Assembly (NCBI GenBank): GCA_965205645.1
Contig: OZ242172.1
Coordinates: forward strand, 348,633-412,632
DNA length: 64,000 nucleotides
Direction of reading: 5' to 3'
From: Bdellovibrionales bacterium
GTDB lineage: Bacteria; Bdellovibrionota; Bdellovibrionia; Bdellovibrionales; UBA1609
The notes beneath the pieces are model-generated. The model searched no databases. It was not told the DNA's origin and saw nothing but the letters and a program-made list of their open reading frames with translations. The position numbers were made by a program, and so were the translations under genes. Of this stretch, positions 1-9,800 are shown piece by piece. Position 1 is the first letter of the stretch; each line of letters opens with the position of its first letter.

Positions 1-219
1 ACGAACAGGGGGATTAAGGTTTATCCGGATCCGAACCCTGAAACATTTTGCACAGATCATTGGCGATGTCGGTTTATAAAAATAAAAGAAAATAGTTTGT
101 TAGATCAAAATCATCTGATTGCTTTGTTGCAAGATCTTGTCTCTAGTAAAATAGAGATTATAAAAACAGAAAACTTGTATTCTTTTTCTGGAGAAAAAAA
201 CTACTCTCAAATCGGGTAG
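1..219 (+). CDS. 3' end of an unidentified CDS that runs off the window start
   Basis: Frame 1 is open from nt 1 to TAG at 217-219 (72 codons, ...DHWRCRFIKIKENSLLDQNHLIALLQDL...). No family recognised. Confidence 0.3.
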   Translation, partial: TNRGIKVYPDPNPETFCTDHWRCRFIKIKENSLLDQNHLIALLQDLVSSKIEIIKTENLYSFSGEKNYSQIG

Positions 220-736
220 TGGATATTAACATCACAGCCATTTTAAAAAATGTGTATCTGTGAATAAGGTATGGCAAAAGATGAATACATTTATAATTTG
301 GAGTAAGATAAAGAAATTTTAAGTTGTTGATAATAGTTCAATTTACTTTCGGGCATCAGACATGGAAAATTTTATTAAAGAAAAACTAAAGAAGGAAGTT
401 GCTTTTTCTGCAGTTTCCATCTCTATCCTGGAACCTCCGCTTATGCCACTATTTTTAACTGTTTTCAGCTAGTGAGTTCTATTTCAAGGTTAATATAAAG
501 ATCTCCGGAAATTTAAAACAAGGTTGTTAGAATAAACAGAATCATGCCAGATAATAAAAAGTTGACTAAACATGTATCTTTTATTCAAATTTTTCTCTGA
601 AATACCGATAAAATATGAAAAATCACTCTTATCTTTTTGATGACATTATTACTAGTATATTTATTTGCCAATAATTTTTCTATTTATGAGGCTAAAGATA
701 AATATCTAAAAATGTAATAACAAGGATAAAATATAG

Positions 737-1288
737 ATGGGAACTTCAATATCTCAAGTATCTCCTGGTTCCGGCCCTGGATCTAATGAATGGTCTAACT
801 TCCAAAATGATATTTCATCTGGAAATATTACTCCAGATAAAGCTTTGTCAAGTGTAAAAGAAGCTTTTAAAGGGGAGTACGGTAATGAATATGTTAACAT
901 CATCGTAGATAAAGGTGTCTCTTTAATTGAAAACTTTGTTAAAAAATTCACTTCACCACATAATATTCCAGCTGAGGCTGCTTTTATTGTTCAAGGACGC
1001 AAGCTTCTAGCTCAACATCAATCAAATTCATTTTTAGCCGAACTAGCTCTTATGAAGGCAGCTGCTTGTTCTTCAATTGATGACATTGGAAAGAGAAAAG
1101 TAGCATTTTATACAAATTATTTAACGGGAGTTGTAGATTATTCCGTCTCAAGAGATTTAACAAAGATATTGGGGAATATCGGAATAAGTAATATCTCTAA
1201 ATTAGAGAGTTATATCAATAATGTAAAAAGAAAACTATCAGAGACAATAACTAAACAAAAAAGCCTTAAGGAAATTCTGAATGACTAG
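737..1288 (+). CDS. Hypothetical 183-aa soluble protein, first gene of the QueC-like operon (possible partner or substrate, QatB-like role)
   Basis: ORF with N-terminus MGTSISQVSPGSGPGS (Gly2, G/S/P-rich). The rest looks helical. Its stop overlaps the next gene's ATG by 8 nt (ATGACTAG). Confidence 0.6.
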   Translation: MGTSISQVSPGSGPGSNEWSNFQNDISSGNITPDKALSSVKEAFKGEYGNEYVNIIVDKGVSLIENFVKKFTSPHNIPAEAAFIVQGRKLLAQHQSNSFLAELALMKAAACSSIDDIGKRKVAFYTNYLTGVVDYSVSRDLTKILGNIGISNISKLESYINNVKRKLSETITKQKSLKEILND

Positions 1289-3068
1289 CTTTAAAATATT
1301 AGTAAATAGACAATTGACTTATCCTAAGATTGATAGTGACAATAATGAGATAGAAATTCCTTTAAGTGTTCAGTCACCTATATATAAAGATAATTTAAAA
1401 CCAATTTATCGTGGAAACTTAGAAAAGGTAACACCTGAACTAAGAGATTTTATAGAAGTTGCATCAGTTATCAATTATGCCGATCGTTATTGTATTAGAA
1501 AAGAGAGAGAAAAGTGGTGCAGAAATATTGAAATCAATATTTCTCTAAGATGCCCTGAAAAATTTAAATTAATTAAATCAGATTTAGAATTATGTCTTAC
1601 TATACTTAGTGGAGATAATTTTTTATTTAATGTAAATAAGATAGATAGTAACCTTTCTTATCCTTTGCGCTCTCGAAAAAATAAAAGAAAAAAAGAAATA
1701 CAAAAGCTTTTAGATCAACTTACTCATATTGTTCTAATCTCAGGAGGACAAGACAGTTCTATAGCTGCTTATGATTATCTTCAAAAAGGTAAGGTTCCTT
1801 TTTTTGTACGAATTGACACACATGATAAAGCCAATCCTCAAAAACTTCTGAAACAAGCAAATAAAGAAGGAGTTAATTACTTTTATTTGAATCAAAAGAT
1901 TACAAAGCTTGATGCGACTATATTTAAAGGAAATTCTTTCCCTAAAGAAACAAGCCAAAGATTGAGATCTTTTTACTTTTTATCAGTGGCAACAACAATT
2001 GCTGCTACCACAAATATTAAAGAGGTCAATATTAATGAAAATGGAATAATGGCTATACATTTACCTTTGGATATATCTAGATCATCTAGTTTTTCAACTC
2101 GTACAGCTTATCCACCATATTTGTATCAGTTTTCTCAAATAGTTCAAAAATGGCTTGGAATAGATGAGTTTGAAATAAGAAATAAATGGATTTTAAAAAC
2201 GAAAAAAGAGGTTATTTCCTCTGGTTTAGAAAATAAGCTTGAAAAAGTTATATGTAATTCAACTTCATGTGCTCATGCCGCTATAGTGCAAAATATTGCA
2301 AAAATTCATAAAAAGAAAATTAATTATATAAAATCAGATGGTAGTGATTTACATTGTGGTTACTGTTTTCCTTGCATATTAAGGCGAATCTCAATGTCTA
2401 ACTCTGGGTTAGGAGATAAAGATGTATTTTACGTGATGAATCCTTTTGGGGAAATGATTGTCGATGCTGAAACTTCAAAATTTAATTTTTTACAAGAGTC
2501 TAAATCAGCCATTTTGTCTTTAATCAGATTTAGTAAATTATTCCGAGAAAAAAATACAACTGAATTAACGTCAGAGTATCCGCAAATTTATGAATGTGCT
2601 TTTGCTCTTGATGACATTAATCTTGTGAATGATATTGTTGATATGTATAAAAGATTTTCAAATGAGGTATATCAATTTATATCACAAAAATCCCCAAGGT
2701 TACTTTTCCTATATGATGATGAAAAATCTAAGCTTGTTGATAAAATTATAAATTCAGTAGCAACCATAAATTCGATGGAAGAAATTTTAAATTCCTTTAA
2801 AATCGGTAACTGGAATGAACACTTTGAGAAAGAGTTGAAGACTGCCTATAGCTTAGTTCGTTATAGAATTCTTATAGCATTAGGCAATGATTTGATAAAT
2901 CAAAATCAGATTTTATTTTTTTTTAAGCAAGCTCTGGAATCAATTCTACCTCACAAAGCTGAAGATCGTAAAAGATTACAATTGAATATACAATATGGAA
3001 GAGAAGTAAAGAAAAAAATACTAAGAGATTGTAGCTGTCCTCCCTTTACAAGAAGAAGAATAGGGTAA
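1281..3068 (+). CDS. QueC-like PP-loop ATPase (7-cyano-7-deazaguanine synthase family) with ~150-aa N-terminal and ~215-aa C-terminal extensions; QatC/Cap9-like
   Basis: PP-loop ISGGQDSS at aa 153-160. Cys cluster C330 ... HC359GYC362FPC365ILRR resembles the QueC Zn site (C-x2-C-x2-C). At 595 aa it is far longer than housekeeping QueC. Confidence 0.75.
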   Translation: MTSFKILVNRQLTYPKIDSDNNEIEIPLSVQSPIYKDNLKPIYRGNLEKVTPELRDFIEVASVINYADRYCIRKEREKWCRNIEINISLRCPEKFKLIKSDLELCLTILSGDNFLFNVNKIDSNLSYPLRSRKNKRKKEIQKLLDQLTHIVLISGGQDSSIAAYDYLQKGKVPFFVRIDTHDKANPQKLLKQANKEGVNYFYLNQKITKLDATIFKGNSFPKETSQRLRSFYFLSVATTIAATTNIKEVNINENGIMAIHLPLDISRSSSFSTRTAYPPYLYQFSQIVQKWLGIDEFEIRNKWILKTKKEVISSGLENKLEKVICNSTSCAHAAIVQNIAKIHKKKINYIKSDGSDLHCGYCFPCILRRISMSNSGLGDKDVFYVMNPFGEMIVDAETSKFNFLQESKSAILSLIRFSKLFREKNTTELTSEYPQIYECAFALDDINLVNDIVDMYKRFSNEVYQFISQKSPRLLFLYDDEKSKLVDKIINSVATINSMEEILNSFKIGNWNEHFEKELKTAYSLVRYRILIALGNDLINQNQILFFFKQALESILPHKAEDRKRLQLNIQYGREVKKKILRDCSCPPFTRRRIG

Positions 3069-3071
3069 TTT

Positions 3072-3620
3072 ATGAATTCTGGAAAAAATGAAATCGTTAC
3101 TATATATTCTCATGTTGTATCACAAGTAATATTTATTTCTACATCGGGAATTGCTGCTGGAGTTACATTATTACAGGCAGGTGTCATTCAAACATCTTAT
3201 TTGTCACTGATACTTTCTTTTATACTCTTTGCCATTTCTCTTATATTAGGAGTTTTTGGCTTAACAACACTCCTTGGACAAGCAGATACGGGAAACCCTG
3301 ATATTCATAAGTGGATAGTTCGTTGGCCAAATTTAATTTCCATGTGTTCATTTGTATTTGGAGTGATCTTTTTTACATATTCATTATCTTCACATTTTTT
3401 TTTAAAGCCAATTGATAAAAACATAAAACCAATTAAAAAAATCCTTGTTGAAACTGTCAAAAAATCTAATCTTAATTGCTTAGTTGGTAATTTAAATAAA
3501 GAACAAAGGCTACTTCTAACTTACTTTATTGAGAAGTCTTTCCAAAATATAGTTTGCCAAGCAGTACAAGTTGATTTACTAAAAAAAATAGAGAAAAATA
3601 TTGATATCAATAATAAATAA
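3072..3620 (+). CDS. Small integral membrane protein (about 4 predicted TM helices plus a charged C-terminal tail); candidate effector of the QueC-like operon
   Basis: Hydrophobic stretches VVSQVIFISTSGIAAGVTLL, LSLILSFILFAISLILGVFGLTTLL and ISMCSFVFGVIFFTYSL. Starts 3 nt after the upstream stop. Confidence 0.6.
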   Translation: MNSGKNEIVTIYSHVVSQVIFISTSGIAAGVTLLQAGVIQTSYLSLILSFILFAISLILGVFGLTTLLGQADTGNPDIHKWIVRWPNLISMCSFVFGVIFFTYSLSSHFFLKPIDKNIKPIKKILVETVKKSNLNCLVGNLNKEQRLLLTYFIEKSFQNIVCQAVQVDLLKKIEKNIDINNK

Positions 3621-3808
3621 GGAATTCATGGTCATTTCAAGAGGAATTTTTACCACCTGATTCCAAACCTGCCATTTCTACTCATTTGCAATGGCTATGA
3701 TTTATGAGACTAAGAGTGAAATGTTGAATACTAAATTAAAAGAACAAAAACTAGCAGGATAGAGAGAATGTTAAATTATAATTTTAAGACAAAAGATAAC
3801 AGTAAAAA

Positions 3809-6373
3809 TTAGATAGTAACATTTTCTACATAACTCATGAAACTGCGGTCATTTTTAGAACTAGGAAATACTAAACTAACTGCATAAATTGGAAGTGCTT
3901 CTAAACCCTTGATCATTGTTTCTGGTAGTGCTTTGGAGGGATCAAGAGGGTATATCAGTAAAAGTCCTCTTTCTTTTGGTCGCTTCTCTCTTCTGAGTTT
4001 TGTATCAGTTGTGCTAATTTTAGTCATTTTCTTTCTATACTCGCTATAAGAGTCTGATTCTGGCTTTAGAATGTCCGCCATATCAACGGCTTCGTGCAAA
4101 GTTGGTACTAATGACCTAAGTGTTATATATTCTTTACCTTCTTGTGGTTTATCAAGTGAACTACGAACAGCTAAATAAACCTTTTCTCCAGAAGGAAGTG
4201 TATATTCTACTTTTCCTGACTTACTTGACATTAAACATACTGACCAATTTGTGAGTTCATCGTGTTTATTCAAATCAGCTATATAACGAATTCCAAGATT
4301 CTTGTTGAATCTAATGTGTTCTGTATTTAATTGGAAATTCTCAAGGAATTGAATTATATATTCTGAAGATACATTATGATACAGTATAGCATTTTTAAAT
4401 TCGTTAAAAATATATCTATTAGTTCTCTCTGCTTGATTTTTCAGTTTACTAAACAAATTTTCCACGGTTTTTCTATTTTTGTTTAGAATAGAAATATCAT
4501 CGATTTTCATAGTTCGAAATTGAATTTTAGAACCTGAATAGGTGAAACTAGATCTAACTGCTGTCCTCATTTTATTATTAGATGTTATCTTAAGGTTAGG
4601 AAAAGATCTTATTCTGACAGCAACATCAATAGGTCTTTCTTGATTTACTGCCATTGCATTAATTTCGTCACGAATCTCTTGTTCAACAGTTGCTAAGTTA
4701 TGGAAATTAATTATCATACTTTCTGAAACAAAAATTCTTGTTAAATCAACATATCCCTTTCGGTAGCCAAACCAACGACCCATTTGTAGAAGAGTGTCGT
4801 ATTGTTTTGTAGTTCTATCGAAATAACTTATTGTTAATCCTTCTATTGTTAGCCCTCTTGAGAGAGTATTTCCACCTATTACAATTCCCCAAAGAGGCTC
4901 TTTTCTATCAAAAGAAAGTCTGTCTGAAGATGCAGAGTTCTCTAATATTATTTCTAACTTATCAATAAAATTACGAACTTCTTTAAAAAACTGATTTGAT
5001 TTAAAAAAAATATCTTCTTCAAGAATAAATTTAGTTGTTACCTTATGGTCATCTTCAAGTATTCTATTGAATTCTTCAGGTAGTTCCTCATAATCATCAA
5101 AGGCTAATTGAAGTTCTTGAATATATTGTTGAATCCATTCATGGTATCTTTCATGTTCACTTATTAGATGGGATATATGCACAAGCATCATAATATGATC
5201 ATTTCGTTGACCTCTAAATAACCTTAGTACACCAGAAATTATGAAAGTCCTAATTGCTAATTTTAAGGATTCTGGAATAACTTTTTTACCATCAACAATA
5301 TTATCTTCATTTTCAGGGAGAGTTCTAATTACGGGTATAGGTCTCTTCTCATCATCTCCATTCACACCCATTCGACCAAAAAGTTCTTCTGGTCCAAAAT
5401 AGGTAGGAGGTTTTTCCAAGCAAATTAGAAAATCTCGTGGATAGATATCCCCATCTAAACTTCCATCTACAAGGATATTAGCGAAGGGAGTTGCTGTATA
5501 TCCAACATAACTTACCTTATCAAAATGATTAATTAGATCTCGTATCTTAGAATTGATTGCCGTGGGGTCTTGTTCAGGTTTATTTGTGTTAATACTTGCT
5601 TGGTCAGATTCATCATCAACTATCAAAGTAGCACAATTTTTAATATTTTCTTTATTTGCTTTAGAAATCCAATCATTGAATGCTCTTAATACATGTGTAT
5701 TCTTTTTAAGTACAACAAGTGCAAATCCGTCTTTGGATCCAAGAGCTCTGTTGGCTGTAACAGCTTGTTTTTTGTCAAAATCTCCTTTTTCATCAACTCT
5801 AGTTAAAGTCATACAAGCTTCTGGTTTAGGCCTTTCTAACTCCTCAACTAGTCTGGTTTGGGTTTGAAGCCTAAGATTATTATGCATTCCACTTAATACA
5901 ATGATTAATTTATAACCTTCATCAATGGTTTTTGCTATTACAGCGGAAAAGTTGGCTGTTTTACCACTCTGAATGTAGCCCAAAACTAACCCTTTACTTG
6001 TTAAAGGACGTTTTGACTTAGGTGGAACAAGATGTTCAACAATACTGTCAGAGGCTAAGTCTAAACTTTTAATCATCTCCTTAGTCCAAGGGTTCTTTTT
6101 ATTAAATAGATGTTCCTTAAGAAGATTCCAATGACTATCTTCTTTATCTCTAGGACCTTGATACCAACCTAAGTAATCTTGATTCTCTGAAAGAGCAACT
6201 GGAGCAACTTCTCCAGCTAGTATAGGATCTGATTCTTTAATTTTCTTGATTGCAGTTTCGACTTCTTCTTTCCCAAAGATATTTCTTAAGGCATACTCTG
6301 CATCTTCGAGAGTTTGCCCTAATGCTAATTTTTCTCTAATTGATGTTTCAATAAACTGGAATCGTTGATCCAT
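3809..6373 (-). CDS. Z1 domain-containing P-loop NTPase (restriction/defence-associated)
   Basis: GLVLGYIQSGKTANFSAVIAKTIDEGYKLIIVLSGMHNNLRLQTQTRL (Z1-type Walker A block), TLIVDDESDQAS (Walker B/DExD-like), GGNTLSRGLTIEGLTISYF (characteristic Z1 C-terminal motif). Confidence 0.8.
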   Translation of the reverse strand: MDQRFQFIETSIREKLALGQTLEDAEYALRNIFGKEEVETAIKKIKESDPILAGEVAPVALSENQDYLGWYQGPRDKEDSHWNLLKEHLFNKKNPWTKEMIKSLDLASDSIVEHLVPPKSKRPLTSKGLVLGYIQSGKTANFSAVIAKTIDEGYKLIIVLSGMHNNLRLQTQTRLVEELERPKPEACMTLTRVDEKGDFDKKQAVTANRALGSKDGFALVVLKKNTHVLRAFNDWISKANKENIKNCATLIVDDESDQASINTNKPEQDPTAINSKIRDLINHFDKVSYVGYTATPFANILVDGSLDGDIYPRDFLICLEKPPTYFGPEELFGRMGVNGDDEKRPIPVIRTLPENEDNIVDGKKVIPESLKLAIRTFIISGVLRLFRGQRNDHIMMLVHISHLISEHERYHEWIQQYIQELQLAFDDYEELPEEFNRILEDDHKVTTKFILEEDIFFKSNQFFKEVRNFIDKLEIILENSASSDRLSFDRKEPLWGIVIGGNTLSRGLTIEGLTISYFDRTTKQYDTLLQMGRWFGYRKGYVDLTRIFVSESMIINFHNLATVEQEIRDEINAMAVNQERPIDVAVRIRSFPNLKITSNNKMRTAVRSSFTYSGSKIQFRTMKIDDISILNKNRKTVENLFSKLKNQAERTNRYIFNEFKNAILYHNVSSEYIIQFLENFQLNTEHIRFNKNLGIRYIADLNKHDELTNWSVCLMSSKSGKVEYTLPSGEKVYLAVRSSLDKPQEGKEYITLRSLVPTLHEAVDMADILKPESDSYSEYRKKMTKISTTDTKLRREKRPKERGLLLIYPLDPSKALPETMIKGLEALPIYAVSLVFPSSKNDRSFMSYVENVTI

Positions 6374-6563
6374 GAATTTATTATAGCCTTCGTAGAGGTT
6401 AGTCTCAGGTTTTTAACTTATAATTAGCTAAGGCTTAACACTACAGACTTAAGTATAGATGTAGCAAGAAGTTAATTTATTTAAAAAATTACATCTTTGT
6501 AATTCTGGACTCTTATTTGTCTCAAAATGAACCGAAATTATTTAAACAATTGTGAGGTCAAGG

Positions 6564-6788
6564 ATGAATAGAACAGTTAAATGGCAACTTGGAAAAGTAT
6601 CTTGGTTTAATGATGGATCAGGAGAAGGTGTTATTCGCACAGAAACAGGAAGAGATTTTTATGTTCATTGTTCAGCTATTCAATCAAACAAAAAAAAACG
6701 ATTTTTAAAACCAAAACAAAAAGTAAAAATTCAGGTTTTAGATGATGAGTTTGCAAGACATATCACTAAAGTTTCTTTGAATGTTTAA
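6564..6788 (+). CDS. Cold-shock domain (CSD/OB-fold) protein with degenerate RNP motifs
   Basis: GKVSWFNDGSGEGVIRTETGRDFYVHCSAIQ aligns to CspA KWFN..KGFGFI...D.FVHFSAIQ. ATG at 6564 is preceded by GAGG. The track ORF starts at GTG 6552. Confidence 0.7.
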   Translation: MNRTVKWQLGKVSWFNDGSGEGVIRTETGRDFYVHCSAIQSNKKKRFLKPKQKVKIQVLDDEFARHITKVSLNV

Positions 6789-6818
6789 AATTATTTCTAA
6801 TTTTGGATATACCATCAT

Positions 6819-9800
6819 ATGGCGACACAAAAAAATATAAAAGAAAATTATCTATATAAATATAAGAATCCTCTTGAACTTGTCGTAGATAATACAGATT
6901 CAATAAAGAATCCAGCCTATTGGGAAAGCACTCTGTTTTCTGAAGTTTATCTGAATAATGATTTAAAAAGGGATTTTAATGAAAGATGGGATAAAGATTT
7001 TGATGATATTGTATTTGATGAAAATGGGAATACAAAAAAATCAGGATTTGCACACTTTTATAATGAGTTTAGAAACATTGCTCCAGATTTAAAAGCGCTT
7101 ACTAATAGAAAGCTTAGTGAAACAGACACAATTACAAAAATTATTGCGCCTATATTAAATGTTCTAGGTTGGTTTGACAAATGTGAAAGTAATGCTCAAG
7201 AACCCTATGCCGCAGAAACCTCTTTTACTATAAAAGGAAGGGGTATAGAAAAAGATAAGACATATCGTACTGACATGCTACTTGTTGATGACCATCGAGA
7301 GGCAACTTATATTTCTGAACAAGAAACTTCCGATCAAAGAAGAGGAGAAGCTAGACGATATTGCATTGTACCTCTTGAAGCAAAATACTGGAACCGAATT
7401 ACTGATCAAAAAGGTAATAAAAAATTTGATTCAAAAAGAGAGGATAAAAAGAAAGATGATACTGGAAGAAGCTTTTCTTTTAATGAACAAGTTTTAAATT
7501 ATATGAATATCCTCCATAAAAACTGGGGAATCGTTACAGATGGAAATACATGGAGACTAGTTCATTTGGAAATATCAGAGGAGGATTCAGAAAGATGTTT
7601 TGAATTTAAATTAGAATCACTTCTATCAAAAGAACAACATATTGGAGAGAGTAAAAACGATCACGGTGAATTTTTAGAACTAGCGAAATATTTCTATCTT
7701 TTCTTTGGGAAACCATCTTATGTTAAAGATGATATTGGAAAAGTTTTTATCGATGAAGTTTTAAAAGAAAGTCGCAAATACATTGATTCCATTGAAGAGG
7801 ATCTCACGGATCGATTTATTTCTGCGATGAATATTACTTGTAATGGCTTACTTAGAGCTGCTAAAGAAAATGGAACAATTACAAAACCCACAGAAGATGA
7901 TCTAAAATTGATCAGGACTGTGGCTGAAAGTCACTTATTTAATATTTTATTTATTAAATCCTGTGAATCTAGAAGCATTCTACCTACCAGAAATCCAGAT
8001 TATTACAACATTTCATTAACAAGAATTATTGATCGTATTAAAGATTTTGATCCAGAAAGATATAGAAAATCTAGAAGAGATAGAGACTATATTAATCAAA
8101 AGCTTTTAAAATCATTAAATGGAAGTAAATTTAAACCTGAAGGTACAAATCTGTATAAAAACCTCATTAAACTCACTGAAGTTATTCATGAAGGGACAGA
8201 GAAATATGATTATGGATTTGAAATCAAAGGATTTAAAGAAAGTGTTTTTTCAAAAATTGAGTGGAATTTTTCTAAGAAACATTGTCTTACAGATGCAGAA
8301 ATGGTTCAGGTTCTTTTTCAACTGGGATATTCAAAATCTAATAAAACCCTCCAAAGAAATTACCGACAAATTCCCTATAACTACTTTACACCTAGACAAC
8401 TCGGGTCAATCTATGAATCCTTCTTAGAATACCAACTTGATGTTGCTCAAGAGCCTATGGTTTACCTCAAAAAGGGAAAGCACAAACAGTGGATAAAACT
8501 CACAGCAGCTATTGAAAGAAAACTTAAAGGATGTGATCTTATTGTTAAAAACGGACAACTCTTTTTTACTCCTAATAATTCTGAACGAAAAGCCACAGGG
8601 AGTTACTATACTCCAGATTATATTGTTCAGTATATCGTAAGAGAAACAATCAGTCCTTTGTGTGAAGGAAAATCAAGTAAAGAGATTCTTGAGTTAAAAG
8701 TTTGCGATCCAGCTATGGGAAGTGGTCACTTTCTAACCGGAGCACTAAATTTTTTAACAAGAGAATATTTAAAAGCTTTAGAATTAGAAAAACCATCTGA
8801 AGATATACCAACAAAAGAAGAAGCTAAAAGAATTGTATTAGATAAATGTATCTATGGTATGGATATCAATCCAAGAGCTGTAAAATTAGCAAAAATGAGC
8901 TTATGGCTTGAGAGCGCTCATCCTGGAAAAAAATTAGAAAGGTTAGATGATCAACTATTTGAACAAGATACTTTAAAACTCGAAAAACCAATTGTTGAAG
9001 ATATTTCTGCTTATATCGGTAATCCGCCATGGGTGTTAAAAAGAGATAGTGATCTGACAGAAGAGTATAAAAAATACATACAACTTAACTATAAAAGCGC
9101 AGAAGGGTTTAAGAAAAATATTTTTTCTTTGTTTGTAGAAAGAGTTTGTAAGTGGTCAGGTGACTTTTCAGTTAATTTAGTTTTACCAGATAGATTATTA
9201 GTCACTCCAAGTTATATAGAAGCTAGAAAAATAGCATTAAAGTCATTTACAAATACTAAAGTGACAATTCTTCCAGAGGAAAGCTTTGAAGATGTGACTG
9301 CATCATATATAACTTTTCATCTCTATAACTCTAAAAATGATATTGGTAGTATCAAAATATATAGTTTCAAAGAAGACTCTATGAAAGTGCACTATAACTT
9401 AAACGAATTAGGTACTAATTTTAAAATAAATATCCATAGAAATCCATCTTTAGCTCCATTTATTGAAAAATTAAATAAGATAAGTAAACCTCTGTCTGAT
9501 AGTTATTTTTGTCATGTAGGAATGATGGTGAAAGATAATAAAAATGAATTCGCTAGGATTTCTGATAAAAAAAGATCCACAAGAATTGTTAAAGGGCATT
9601 GTTTAGGAAAATTAGAGGTTGATTTTACATATTTTTTTAATCCAAATTCAGTTACTATCTTTGGTGGAACTAAAAGAAAAAAGAAACATGCTGTTAGTCC
9701 AAAACTTTTAGTAAGAAAAACTGGAAATTATATTTTGTCATCTATAGACAAAAATTCTAAACAGCCAATATATGCAGAGCAATCAGTCTATTTAGTTATT

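Noticed and set aside
361-471. 36-aa ORF (MENFIKEKLKKEVAFSAVSISILEPPLMPLFLTVFS) upstream of the QueC-like operon
   Set aside because: It is too short, has no obvious RBS and I cannot assess conservation. I mention it only because it lies in the ~500-bp leader of the candidate system.
5553-5867. 104-aa plus-strand ORF, and similar shadow ORFs at 754-951, 1740-1958, 7282-7497, 8119-8427, 11462-11707, 17487-17783, 59462-59779 and 62160-62348
   Set aside because: All are antisense to, or out of frame within, long ORFs that have clear family motifs.
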